IMG/VR virus record: IMGVR_UViG_3300023196_002944
Coordinates: 8,655-72,654 of that record
From: a virus
Strand: one strand, 5' to 3'
Length of the DNA: 64,000 bases
In this document: positions 1 to 9,950 of the stretch, one piece after another
How positions within the stretch are numbered: position 1 is the stretch's first letter
Layout: each line of letters opens with the position of its first letter
The notes under the pieces: generated by a model
Database searches by the model: none
The model's input: only the letters and a program-made list of their open reading frames with translations
What the model was told of the DNA's origin: nothing
Made by a program: the position numbers and the translations under genes

Positions 1-1278
1 TCAACCGCCGCGCTGATCAAGCGGGGCTACAAGATATTGTCGGACGCTGTTACAACGACGGCCACTACGCAGACGGCACGCACCCTGTTGTTGGCATTGT
101 CTGCTTCGGTGACGGCTGCGGCTGACCTCATTAAGCGGGTCTACAAAATCCTCACGGACACCGTCGTGACTACGGCGGATACCGCCGCCGTGAAGGCACT
201 TCTGCGGACCTTGAATGCCACGGTGACGGTCGCCACCACGCTGACCAAGAGTGTCACCAAGCTGCTGGCCTCTTCGGTAACAGCTTCGGCTTCCCTGATC
301 CGGGCTATTGGTCAGACACTCACCGCGTCGGTGACGGCCTCGGCTGCGCTGATCAAGCGAGTCTATAAGACGCTGTCAGACCTTTTGGTGGCTACGGCTG
401 CGCTCGACGCAGTTAAGGCACTCCTGAAGACCCTGACGGCCACGGTGACAGCTTCAGCCACCTTGACGCGTCTCGCTAGCTACCTACGCACCCTCAACGC
501 CTCTGTAACAGCCACAGGCACGTTATTGCGGGGACTGTTCATGTCCCTATCCGCTACGGTGACTGTGGTCGCTACCTTGGACGTAATTGAACAACTGAAG
601 CGTGTGTTGAATGCTTCTGTGGGGGTGACGGCTTCTCTGGCCAAGACTGTTTACAAAATACTAACGGGTGCCGTTACCACGGTGGCAACGACTGAGCCGA
701 TCAAGGCGTTTTTGCGGGTACTGAACACTTCGGTCACGGCAGCAGCCTCATTAACCAAGGAAATTGGTAAGGTATTAAATGCCACCACAACCGTGGCAGC
801 GTCGATCAGCAAAGATGTGTTCAAGTTGCTCACTAGCAGCGTGACAGCCACAGCGACGCTAATCCGACGCCTGTATATGGCCCTCGCTGCCAGCGTGACC
901 AGTACGGCATCGACGATCAAGCAGGTGAGCAAGTTGCTAGCAGCCACCGTGGTGACCGCCGCTACTACGGTTGCAGAGAAGTTCATTGCCGTTCTCGTCG
1001 TCTTGACAGCCACAGTCAGTACGACAGCTTCACTCGTTGTTGATCGTGCATTGTTCCTGCTGGCTCAGGTAGGCGTGGCTGGGTCCATGACCCGGCACAT
1101 CTTCAAGATTCTCACAGCGACGGTCACTTCAACGGCCACCAAGCTGGCGAAGCGAGTCAGGGATGAATTCGTGGACATGCACCATTCCATCGTCAAACGG
1201 TGCGCGGCGCTGATCACCTACGTGCGGCGTCGCCCGGATGATAGTATGACGATCATAAAGCGGCGTGGTAATGATTAA
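1..1278 (+). CDS. Thr/Ala/Val-rich repeat protein, putative virion fibre/surface protein (5' truncated by window)
   Basis: The frame is open from base 1 (STAALIKRGYKIL...), so the TTG at 37 is probably not the true start. Contains 18-20-aa repeats of type KxLTASVTAxAxLxKxVx and a basic C-terminus. Confidence 0.75.
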   Translation, partial: STAALIKRGYKILSDAVTTTATTQTARTLLLALSASVTAAADLIKRVYKILTDTVVTTADTAAVKALLRTLNATVTVATTLTKSVTKLLASSVTASASLIRAIGQTLTASVTASAALIKRVYKTLSDLLVATAALDAVKALLKTLTATVTASATLTRLASYLRTLNASVTATGTLLRGLFMSLSATVTVVATLDVIEQLKRVLNASVGVTASLAKTVYKILTGAVTTVATTEPIKAFLRVLNTSVTAAASLTKEIGKVLNATTTVAASISKDVFKLLTSSVTATATLIRRLYMALAASVTSTASTIKQVSKLLAATVVTAATTVAEKFIAVLVVLTATVSTTASLVVDRALFLLAQVGVAGSMTRHIFKILTATVTSTATKLAKRVRDEFVDMHHSIVKRCAALITYVRRRPDDSMTIIKRRGND

Positions 1279-3119
1279 TGGCTATTGAAGTTGTTCGACC
1301 GTTAGACGCCTTTGGTACCCTGACCAATAAGGCGAATGCCTACGATACCGACACCGGTACGTTTGCCGACGCCACCGACTACAACTCTACAATTTCGTTC
1401 GGCGGCGACACCATACTGGAGATCACCAACGACTGGGATACCAAGGCTCAGACTTGGGATTCTGCCGAAGTAAAGATCGACTGTTCGTGGGACGGCGCGA
1501 CCGGCAACGATGAAATGGAAATCCTGCTGGTCGATGCAGGTAACGGGTACGCCACGGTCGCCACACTTGTGGCCAATACGACGACGACATGGGGGCGCAC
1601 GACCTACTCGGGAACACTGACAACGGCAGCGTTCGGAACCAACTTCGTAGACTTCGCTGATGCCCGCCTCCGCGTCAACGGCACTAAGATAGCTGGCAAG
1701 GACGGTAAATCCCTCAAGGTCTACGATGTCTGGATCGAAGGCACGTACTCAAGTGCTACGCCTGTCACTCTGACCGCCACAGCTACGGCGGTTGCCGCCA
1801 CGCTTTCCAAGAGCGCAAGTAAGGTTCTGAATGATGCCGTCACGGCAGCGGTGACCTTGGCCAAGTCGGTCACCAAGGTTCTGAACGACTCAGCTACTGT
1901 GGCCGTGACATTAATCAAGTCGGTCACCAAAGTTCTGAACGATGCGGTTACGACCGTAGCGACCACGACACCGACCAAGCAGGTGCTTCAGGTACTGAAT
2001 GCCACGGTGTCAGGCGCTGTGAGCTTGTCCAAGAGCGTGAGTAAGGTGTTGACTGATGCTGTGACCACGACAGCCACGACGGGGTTGATTGCATCCTACC
2101 TACGCACGCTGACTGCTACAGCCACGACTGCAGCCGCTTCACTGATCAAAACTGTTGCCAAGGTGCTATCGGACAGCGCAGCGACGACGGCTACGATAGA
2201 GACACTGAAGGTTTTCGGTCAGGTGCTGAACGCTGCAGTGACTGGTACGGCAACGCTAGCCAATGCGGTGTTCAAGGTATTGACCAGCAGCGTGACGGTG
2301 GGAGTGACCCTACTCAAGTCGGTGACCAAGACGCTTACTGATGGTGTGACTACGACGGCCACACTTGATGCAATCAAGAGTGTGCTGATTCTGCTGACCG
2401 CTACAGCCACAACCGTTGCGGCCACGCTGGCCAAGTCGGTGGGCAAAGTACTGAATGGTGGGGCCACGGCAACGGCGACTCTGATCAAGTCAGTCAGCAA
2501 AGTGCTGACTGATGGCGCAACAGCAACAGCGGTGCTGATCAAGAGCGCGTGGAAGATTCTGGCTGATAGCGTAGTGACGACAGCCACGACGCAGGCGTTG
2601 AAATTTGTCATTCAGGTGCTGAACGCCACGGTGACAGCAGCCGCTACAGCTACGAAATTTATAACCAAGAGCCTTGCTGCCGCAGTGACAGCAACGGCGG
2701 TATTGCTCAAGCGCATACCGGTGGCGTTGGTGGCTACGGTAACAACGACAGCGACCACGCAGGCGCTGAAGTATGTGCTGCTGGTGCTGACAGCGACGGC
2801 TACGACAGCCACAGCGACGCTGACCAAGACGGTGAACTGGGTACTTTCGGCCACGGTGACCGGGGCAGCGACACTCACTAAATCAGTAGGCAAAGTGCTG
2901 ACGGCCGGCGTGACGTCGATAGCACAAATTATCAAAAAGCGTTTGGTGGTTCTCAATGCCGTAGTGACGACAGCCGCTACAGGTGTGGCGACTTTCCTTG
3001 GCACACTGAGTCAGTTTGTAGACCGATTCCGAACCGTGATTCCACGAATTGTAAATCGAACCATCATTAAGGATGTGACTAGCGCGATCTCCATCGTGCT
3101 GCGCAAAGGCGGTCTCTGA
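1278..3119 (+). CDS. Repeat protein with an N-terminal globular beta-rich domain (~160 aa) followed by T/A/V-rich repeats; putative virion fibre
   Basis: 613-aa ORF with TAATG coupling to the upstream gene; repeats KVLNDAVTAAVTLAKSVT / KVLNDSATVAVTLIKSVT. Confidence 0.75.
   Translation: MAIEVVRPLDAFGTLTNKANAYDTDTGTFADATDYNSTISFGGDTILEITNDWDTKAQTWDSAEVKIDCSWDGATGNDEMEILLVDAGNGYATVATLVANTTTTWGRTTYSGTLTTAAFGTNFVDFADARLRVNGTKIAGKDGKSLKVYDVWIEGTYSSATPVTLTATATAVAATLSKSASKVLNDAVTAAVTLAKSVTKVLNDSATVAVTLIKSVTKVLNDAVTTVATTTPTKQVLQVLNATVSGAVSLSKSVSKVLTDAVTTTATTGLIASYLRTLTATATTAAASLIKTVAKVLSDSAATTATIETLKVFGQVLNAAVTGTATLANAVFKVLTSSVTVGVTLLKSVTKTLTDGVTTTATLDAIKSVLILLTATATTVAATLAKSVGKVLNGGATATATLIKSVSKVLTDGATATAVLIKSAWKILADSVVTTATTQALKFVIQVLNATVTAAATATKFITKSLAAAVTATAVLLKRIPVALVATVTTTATTQALKYVLLVLTATATTATATLTKTVNWVLSATVTGAATLTKSVGKVLTAGVTSIAQIIKKRLVVLNAVVTTAATGVATFLGTLSQFVDRFRTVIPRIVNRTIIKDVTSAISIVLRKGGL
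1821..2900 (+). repeat. Degenerate 54-60-nt coding tandem repeat
   Basis: Units 1821-1874 and 1875-1928 both begin aaggttctgaa and end caagtcggtcacc; the periodicity continues at protein level. Confidence 0.8.
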
Positions 3120-3856
3120 TGGCGTTCATACATGCTGACTTTGTACTTGAAACCACGGTCACTACCGGGACGGGCACCTATGATCTTGATGGGGCCGTAA
3201 CAGGACATCGCTCATTCGTGGCAGGGATCGGTGGCGGCAACTCTTGCTACTACGCCGTTGAAGATGCCACAGATTGGGAAGTTGGTATTGGCATGGTGAC
3301 CGATGCGGCCCCCGATACAATCTCTCGTACCCAAATCATTTCTTCTAGCAATGCTGATGCGGCCGTTAACTGGGGGGCGGGTACGAAGAATATCTATTGC
3401 ACGCTGAGTGGCCACCGTTTGCTCACAGCCCCTGCGACGTACCCGGTAACTGCCGGCGGGCTCTTAGCGTTCGATGGCACGACTCCCTCTCAGGTTATCG
3501 ACTCAGGCATCACGGCGGACGCTAACGGAAACATTTCGGCGGGGATGGCCACTGTAACAATCAGCACCAGTCGCGCGTTGACACAAACAGATAATGGCAA
3601 AGTGTGCGTTTGTGACAATGGGGCGGCAATTACACTTACGTTGCCACAGCAATCTACTGAGGCTGTTAATGAAGGCTTCGCCTGCCAAATAGTTCGGGCG
3701 GGTACAGGCACAGTTACTTTTGCTACGGAGGGCACGGATGTGCTGTACATCGTATCGGGGGCTACGCAAATCGCTGCGCAGTTTGTGTCGGTTTCTGTGC
3801 ACAAGCACTTCGATGCAGCGCAGAGTACATGGGGCATTTACGGTGATCTGACATGA
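3119..3856 (+). CDS. Putative tail fibre/virion appendage protein
   Basis: N-terminus ETTVTTGTGTYDLDGAVTG...YY...DWEVGIG...SRT...SSN...VNWGAGTK matches a domain I recognise from fibre proteins of uncultured phages; beta-rich C-terminal part. Confidence 0.7.
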   Translation: MAFIHADFVLETTVTTGTGTYDLDGAVTGHRSFVAGIGGGNSCYYAVEDATDWEVGIGMVTDAAPDTISRTQIISSSNADAAVNWGAGTKNIYCTLSGHRLLTAPATYPVTAGGLLAFDGTTPSQVIDSGITADANGNISAGMATVTISTSRALTQTDNGKVCVCDNGAAITLTLPQQSTEAVNEGFACQIVRAGTGTVTFATEGTDVLYIVSGATQIAAQFVSVSVHKHFDAAQSTWGIYGDLT

Positions 3857-6800
3857 CCACTCGGCAGCAGAGTCCTCGCACCGAAAGGGATACAGCGTCT
3901 GATGACGTTGGCCTGAATGCAACAAACCACTGCACGTTTATTCGGCCGGGGGGGCCAGAAAAAGCATTCCGGCTCTACACGCTAGAGCGTGGATGTCTCA
4001 TGCATAGTTTTGGCAATTTGTCGTTGACAACCAAAGCAGCAAGCAGCGGCAGTTCAGATAGCAGCATTATACTGTACCAGAGCGCACGTTTGAGTACGGC
4101 TTCGCCAGATAAAACAGAACCAGATGACAATTACACCATATTATATATTTACAGTGATTGGAATAACCCAAATCCCTATAAACAGCCTCCATCAGAGCAA
4201 GTCCCATGGACTGAAGCTGGCATGTGGGGACGGTGGTATTACGCGAATATAGGCATACCTGAGCAGTCCACCACGCAGTACGCGGCAATGCTGATTGGTA
4301 TCCACCTGATGCAAACTGGCCCGTCAGACAATTACTACGAAGGCGCACTGACGAGCGGCCAAATATTTAGTTGGGGCGCATCGAAAAACGCAGGGCGTGA
4401 TTGTTACATCAACAATGCATTTACCGACACGCAGTTATGGGGGACAGTCAGCAGAGCGAATTACGATAGCTACGGGCCTAATTGGGCACCAGCGCAACAC
4501 AGTGTAGTCCCTGGCGGATGTCGGTACATCTACAATGCATCAACGGCGCGGGTTCTATTTGATGGATACTGGTACCCCGGCTTGACGCGTGCTGATTATT
4601 TATGGGGGTTTCAGGTCTACAACGCCAGTGGTGTGCGCTTGCTTGCGACGCTTGAAGGAGGGCCGCGACACGCTACCGATCTGACCACTAATGGCGGGTT
4701 GGTTATGGGGCTTCAGTTAAACTCCAACCAAGGCGAATCCGATTCGGGGCAATGCCACCTTGCGCGGATTGGGACTACGGACCCAACAGCGTTCAGCCAA
4801 GAATATAGGGATAACCTTTACTGCCCTCCCGGCACGGTGATCGATAACTTTAAGAACAACCGTACTGGGACGTTAGATGGGCGACACGTCGAATGGATAG
4901 ATAATCAGGCGCGACAGTATTCCAGCGGGTTATGGGAACTGAAAGGCGGTGTCTCTCCTACCTACGTGACAGACGCTACGTATGGCGTCGATATGATTCA
5001 GTTCAACAGCGACCCGGCGGTCGACTTCATCTGGCTCGATTACGATACAGACATCCACGTGGCTGTGTCCTTCGATCTTGGCGCGGCGGGAACGGGAGAG
5101 ATCACGTTTATCTTCCGCTACAAAGACAATCAGAATTACGAGTACTACTACGTCACTGCTGGTGGCTATTCGTATGGTGAGTACGTGGCGGGGGTTGGGT
5201 CTGAAATCACGGCTTCTGGATCACGCACTAATCGGTTCCAAAACACAATTAACTTTGTTATCCAAAAAACGCATGGGACGCCTGTAGCGGCGAATATCAA
5301 CTTATCTTCCGTCTTGTTTAACGGTGATCGTGTTGATCTGGATAGTGGCGGCACTCCACCGACAGGGATTACGAACGGTATAGGGTTCAGCGCTAATAAA
5401 GACGCAAGAGTGTCGTGCGTGAAGATATGCCCTGATGTGGCGCTGCCTGATGGAATCCCTAACAAGTGGGGACGTGGGTATCTTGCAGGCAAGTCTGAGT
5501 ACTCCATGATTATAGGCGGCGTTCCAAGTTATAACCCGAGACATTCTCGCTATGCGATTTTGCGCACAGCGAGTTCAACACAGCGGCATTCTCTTGTTGG
5601 CTTGGAAAGTGCACACGGCAATATGCAGTTTTGGTGCAATAACAACAGTAGTGGGTTTCCGCTTGCTCAGTACCAAGTAACGTACAAATCGGCTGGATAC
5701 ATTCAACTGGAAGGGCGGCATCATAATGGTACTGGCGGCGGCGGTACGCCGCTTTACTTAATGGGGATGTGCGCCGAAGTTGCCGCGACCCGTTTTAGTA
5801 CAGGAGCAGGCGGATACGCTATTGCCATGAATACCAATGGGTTCCCGTGGCGTGGAAAGTGGGCCTTAGAGCTTAATCAGCAAGCTGGTTATTTTGGCGA
5901 CTGGACGTTAAATGGCTACGGCATGTGCAGTTTTGAAAGGGATGAACCGTCAGTTGGCCCCCCGCATACAGGAGGGCACGCAGACCTAGATGACGGTTGG
6001 GGTACGGTGTATCTCAATTGGCAGGGGGGCAACTACCCGCTCGGAAATGTCACTATTGACCAAAAGGTCGCACTGCATCCAAACATTCCTTGCACCAAAG
6101 TTATGGTTCGTATTATGCGTACGAGGCACATGAATGATGTAATCGGTGACGAAAACAGGGTTAAATTTATTCCCGGCACAGATGCTACGTGGGACTTGAG
6201 TGGCACACAGTATTTCTTCGGTCCTAAACTTCGATTTACAGGCATCGATGCTACGTTCCTTCGGTGGAGTTCAAGCAGCCACAACACAACAGACGTCAGT
6301 AGCTCGGTAGTGCCACTGTATATAGGCAGCGGTGAGCCTGATGAGACTACGGCCTATGATAATAATTGGGCCACGAAGATTTATGGTGCGGGGGCATCAG
6401 GGGCTTTTACAAGCAGCACTTACGATCACGCTCGGTGGTACGAAACATTTTCATCTGGTACCGGTTCTATTGATGGTGTCAATTGCAATAGTGGGGAAGC
6501 AATCCCATGGACTGTGATCGGCGCACTAGGGGCTAATGCAAGCACATTGCAAACCAACGGCCAGTGGAGCTACGGCGGCGGGTCACGCAAGACCCTCGCC
6601 TATCTTGATCCCGGCACGACGGAAGTGTCTTGTTTTTTGTGGTCGCGGGCCTACGCAGCAGCCGAAGTTATGCTGGCTTTTAGAATCGTAGATGGTTCTA
6701 ATTTCTGGCTTGCTGGGTTCTGGACGGATGAAACGGCGGTTGAGGTCGTTCGTTTTGTATCTGATACAGCGACTGTTATGGCGACGCATACGCGGGCGAA

Positions 6801-7068
6801 GTTCTACGATCCATCAGAAGGGGACGTGCCATTTATTAATATCGCAGTGCGCAGTCAGGCAGAAGACATCTTGCTGCAGAACCGTTTCTATACAGATGTC
6901 GGGGCTATGACGGCTGATACTACTCACAACACGGCAACGAAGTTTGGTCTTTACAACCAAAAATCTGGTAACCCAGGCAATTCAATCGTAGAGCGTTTCG
7001 CACTTTATGATCTGAGTGACCCAAAATACCTAGAGATGTGGAAGACCATGACAGGAGCGGACAGTTGA
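3853..7068 (+). CDS. Large beta-rich putative receptor-binding/tail appendage protein
   Basis: 1071 aa, rich in G/Y/W/N/S/T, ATGA overlap with the upstream fibre gene, lectin-like segments. An alternative start is possible near 4000. Confidence 0.6.
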   Translation: MTTRQQSPRTERDTASDDVGLNATNHCTFIRPGGPEKAFRLYTLERGCLMHSFGNLSLTTKAASSGSSDSSIILYQSARLSTASPDKTEPDDNYTILYIYSDWNNPNPYKQPPSEQVPWTEAGMWGRWYYANIGIPEQSTTQYAAMLIGIHLMQTGPSDNYYEGALTSGQIFSWGASKNAGRDCYINNAFTDTQLWGTVSRANYDSYGPNWAPAQHSVVPGGCRYIYNASTARVLFDGYWYPGLTRADYLWGFQVYNASGVRLLATLEGGPRHATDLTTNGGLVMGLQLNSNQGESDSGQCHLARIGTTDPTAFSQEYRDNLYCPPGTVIDNFKNNRTGTLDGRHVEWIDNQARQYSSGLWELKGGVSPTYVTDATYGVDMIQFNSDPAVDFIWLDYDTDIHVAVSFDLGAAGTGEITFIFRYKDNQNYEYYYVTAGGYSYGEYVAGVGSEITASGSRTNRFQNTINFVIQKTHGTPVAANINLSSVLFNGDRVDLDSGGTPPTGITNGIGFSANKDARVSCVKICPDVALPDGIPNKWGRGYLAGKSEYSMIIGGVPSYNPRHSRYAILRTASSTQRHSLVGLESAHGNMQFWCNNNSSGFPLAQYQVTYKSAGYIQLEGRHHNGTGGGGTPLYLMGMCAEVAATRFSTGAGGYAIAMNTNGFPWRGKWALELNQQAGYFGDWTLNGYGMCSFERDEPSVGPPHTGGHADLDDGWGTVYLNWQGGNYPLGNVTIDQKVALHPNIPCTKVMVRIMRTRHMNDVIGDENRVKFIPGTDATWDLSGTQYFFGPKLRFTGIDATFLRWSSSSHNTTDVSSSVVPLYIGSGEPDETTAYDNNWATKIYGAGASGAFTSSTYDHARWYETFSSGTGSIDGVNCNSGEAIPWTVIGALGANASTLQTNGQWSYGGGSRKTLAYLDPGTTEVSCFLWSRAYAAAEVMLAFRIVDGSNFWLAGFWTDETAVEVVRFVSDTATVMATHTRAKFYDPSEGDVPFINIAVRSQAEDILLQNRFYTDVGAMTADTTHNTATKFGLYNQKSGNPGNSIVERFALYDLSDPKYLEMWKTMTGADS

Positions 7069-7547
7069 TTTCGCGGTACGTACTGACCAAGTGGGAAGTC
7101 GTGCTTGCAGGCTCGGATGCCATCCCCACGCGTCGGCCGGCAGTCTTCGGCCATGCTAAATTAGGCGAGGCGCACATGGATGTGTACACGCCATTTTTTG
7201 AAAAGAACATGGAGGTGGGGCACGATGCCTTATTGGTGTTTGTTCGCGCAGAACAGATTGTGATCGACGCCATTGAAGCGGATACAGCCAAGTGCCTCGT
7301 ACTGCCCATCGATCACAAGACGCAAAAGTATGACATCAATGCCTCGCAGCCTGCGAACATCAATCGGGTGAGGTCGTTCCTGAATGCGCGGGGGATTGAA
7401 AACCAGCATCTCAGTGAACTTGGCGGGCTCAAAGATGGGCTGTTCGTCCGCAAGGTGATCGACATCCTTCATGGCTTGAAGGGGGATACAAACAAGATGC
7501 CTCACATGAAGCGGTTCTTCGGGGCGTATGCAGGTGAGGATGTCTGA
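7038..7547 (+). CDS. Hypothetical protein (possible fibre chaperone)
   Basis: 169-aa ORF filling the gap after the large fibre gene; TGATG coupling downstream. Confidence 0.55.
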   Translation: MEDHDRSGQLISRYVLTKWEVVLAGSDAIPTRRPAVFGHAKLGEAHMDVYTPFFEKNMEVGHDALLVFVRAEQIVIDAIEADTAKCLVLPIDHKTQKYDINASQPANINRVRSFLNARGIENQHLSELGGLKDGLFVRKVIDILHGLKGDTNKMPHMKRFFGAYAGEDV

Positions 7548-8467
7548 TGCCTGCTCTTGGTCGGTACCCTATCGCCACGGCGCACTTTGCCAAGGAGCCT
7601 ACTCTTGGCCCCGCCCCTCCAGTGCTTCTCACGCTGAACGCTTTAATCGACGTCGGCATCGATCTGTACAAGCTGACGTGGGAGACGCTATCTGCCACGG
7701 TGACTACAGCGGCAGACGTCGTGACGTTCAAGTTTGTGTCTGTTGCGCTGACGGCTGCAGCTACGACTGTTACAGCGGCGCTCTCCCGGTCCTATCTATT
7801 GATCAAGTCTGCCGTGGTGACTACAACAGCCACCATGACCAAGATCGCAGATTTTCTACGGGTGCTTTCAGCGTCAGTCACGACGACAGCGACAGCCTTG
7901 AAGCATATTACATTCAATGCCCTCGTCGCCGCAGTGACAGCAGCGGCTTCGACGGGGGTGGCTCGGACCCTGCTGCTATCACTGACAGCAGTAGCGACAG
8001 CTACTGCTGTCCTATTCCGTATGATATCCATGACCTTGGCAGCGGCAGCAACTGTAGTGTCTACCTTGGTTAAACGCGTGGGCAAGGTTCTGATAGTTAC
8101 AGTTAGTGCAGCGGCATCTGTCTTCCGGCAGATGTACCGAATACTCACGTCTTCGGTTACTGCTACGGCGATTCAGGTGAAGATTGATCTGTTCCGCATC
8201 CTGTCAGCTACGGTGAATACCGTGGCCACGTTAGGGAAACCTCTCATCACCAAGATTTTCTATACTCCTGTACGGAAGACGGCGACGTTGACTCGCCATA
8301 TTACCCAATCGCTGTACGCTGCAGTAAGTGCTACTATAACGGGGACTTGGGAGTTTATGTCGCCTCACAACCCGAGGTACCGAACCATTGTGAAGCGTTG
8401 TGTAGTGGAGACACGTCTGGTAGCGAAGCGTCTTAGGACGATTATTCGCCCGCGTGGAAATGGGTAA
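7547..8467 (+). CDS. Third T/A/V-rich repeat protein
   Basis: Same repeat type (RVLSASVTTTATALKHI) and a basic C-terminal motif shared with 1..1278. Confidence 0.72.
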   Translation: MPALGRYPIATAHFAKEPTLGPAPPVLLTLNALIDVGIDLYKLTWETLSATVTTAADVVTFKFVSVALTAAATTVTAALSRSYLLIKSAVVTTTATMTKIADFLRVLSASVTTTATALKHITFNALVAAVTAAASTGVARTLLLSLTAVATATAVLFRMISMTLAAAATVVSTLVKRVGKVLIVTVSAAASVFRQMYRILTSSVTATAIQVKIDLFRILSATVNTVATLGKPLITKIFYTPVRKTATLTRHITQSLYAAVSATITGTWEFMSPHNPRYRTIVKRCVVETRLVAKRLRTIIRPRGNG

Positions 8468-8472
8468 ATGAT

Positions 8473-8892
8473 ATGCCTGAGAAACTTCTTGAGTTCCTGA
8501 ACATCAAAGAATGCGCTATGCCGTTCATGCTTGCAGCGAGTACCCATACCAATCGACTCAACTTTCCTCGACTCCTAGAACTGGTCATCATCGTCGCATC
8601 GTCGGCGTTTGCCTCATACCAGATCATTGAGTATCGGCTTGATAACGCAGCGGCAGACATCGTTACGTTGGAAGCGAACTTGCTAACCACCAATGCCAAC
8701 TTCATTAATCTGGAGCGTACGTTGACTTCTACGAAGCTGGCGATGTCCGACCGATGGACTGGAGCTGACGAAGCTGATTACCAGTACGCCCACCTCAAAG
8801 AACATCATGCCATGATGAAAGAGGTTACGGGAGCCATTGAAAAGATGGCTGACCGCATACGAGCGGTAGAGATTAATAACGGAGGCAGGTGA
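8473..8892 (+). CDS. Membrane-anchored coiled-coil protein, putative lysis accessory
   Basis: Hydrophobic LLELVIIVASSAFASY followed by a heptad-like region; immediately upstream of the amidase. Confidence 0.5.
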   Translation: MPEKLLEFLNIKECAMPFMLAASTHTNRLNFPRLLELVIIVASSAFASYQIIEYRLDNAAADIVTLEANLLTTNANFINLERTLTSTKLAMSDRWTGADEADYQYAHLKEHHAMMKEVTGAIEKMADRIRAVEINNGGR

Positions 8893-8893
8893 C

Positions 8894-9517
8894 ATGATCG
8901 TGCTGGTTTCTGCAGGCCATCATGGGCGGGCGAGAGGGGCAGTCTTTGAAGGCTTCTCTGAGTACCCCGAGACGTCGATCTGGGCTGATGCGCTCGTCAC
9001 AGCGATCAACGAGATGAAAGAGACTCGGCACCATCCTCTTCTTGCAGACTACCCCGCAGCCATGCGCATTCAGAGTGGGCTACTGCGCGACAAGGTGGTT
9101 GAAGTCAACGAAATTTGCAAGGCGTCGCCTGTTTTCTGCGCCATAGAAATCCACTTTAATTCAGCCGCTGCCGCGAATGTCAGAGGAAGCGAGACGCTGT
9201 ACGCTCCCGGTTCTCAGCGAGGCAGGGGCATTGCTCAGATTGTTCAGCGCTACTTGGCCAAGACGTTTCCGCCCGACCGTGGCATCAAGGAGGGCTGGTA
9301 CCGTATGGATAGGCCGGGCATCATCGATTACCAAGGCGACGTTGATGGTGATGAGAAAATTGACTTTTGGCTGCGTAAGACACAGTGCCCCGCGCTGATT
9401 GTCGAGCCTGAATTTATTCAGAACAATGGGCTGATTACTGGCAAGCGTGAAGAGGGGATAACGCAGTTGGCAGAAGGCGTACTTGACGCCTTCATGGCTC
9501 CTGCAACGAGGCAATAA
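8894..9517 (+). CDS. N-acetylmuramoyl-L-alanine amidase endolysin (Amidase_3 family)
   Basis: Zn-amidase motifs VLVSAGH, SEYPE, IEIHFNS, GSETLY, PALIVEPEFI. Confidence 0.92.
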   Translation: MIVLVSAGHHGRARGAVFEGFSEYPETSIWADALVTAINEMKETRHHPLLADYPAAMRIQSGLLRDKVVEVNEICKASPVFCAIEIHFNSAAAANVRGSETLYAPGSQRGRGIAQIVQRYLAKTFPPDRGIKEGWYRMDRPGIIDYQGDVDGDEKIDFWLRKTQCPALIVEPEFIQNNGLITGKREEGITQLAEGVLDAFMAPATRQ

Positions 9518-9520
9518 AGT

Positions 9521-9949
9521 GTGGAACAAATACAGCAGAAGGTAGAATACCTTGCTCCGACACAGCATCCGCCGCCACCTGATGGCGTATGGGAAGCGCT
9601 TTGGCCGGCGATCCACTCATTGATGACTCCAGCATTGATCGGGGCTTTCGTCCTCACGATTGCAGCAACGCATATCCTCAAACAGATTGTGCCCGTGACG
9701 TTCCCCCACGTTACAGCTAGTGAGAACATATGGCGGGCTTTCTGCGCTACAGCGTCCATGCTGATCGGCGCGATGGCGGGTACCGTTGTATGGCTTGCTT
9801 CCAATGCGGAATGGTTGGCTATCCCACTTGTGGCGTTCGGTACTGGACTTGTCTGGCGGATAATGATCGCTTTGCTTCCCGCACGAATCAGTGCAGCTTT
9901 GATGACGGATGAAGACCGTCGATGGAAGCAGGAAGAGCTAGGAGGGTGA
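9521..9949 (+). CDS. Putative holin-like membrane protein (about 3 TM)
   Basis: Three hydrophobic segments and a charged C-terminus; directly follows the endolysin. Confidence 0.6.
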   Translation: MEQIQQKVEYLAPTQHPPPPDGVWEALWPAIHSLMTPALIGAFVLTIAATHILKQIVPVTFPHVTASENIWRAFCATASMLIGAMAGTVVWLASNAEWLAIPLVAFGTGLVWRIMIALLPARISAALMTDEDRRWKQEELGG

Positions 9950-9950
9950 T

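Noticed and set aside
651-3004. Antisense ORFs over the T/A/V repeat genes (also 7792..8148)
   Set aside because: Shadow ORFs expected from ACN/GCN/GTN-rich codons, which rarely create reverse-strand stops.
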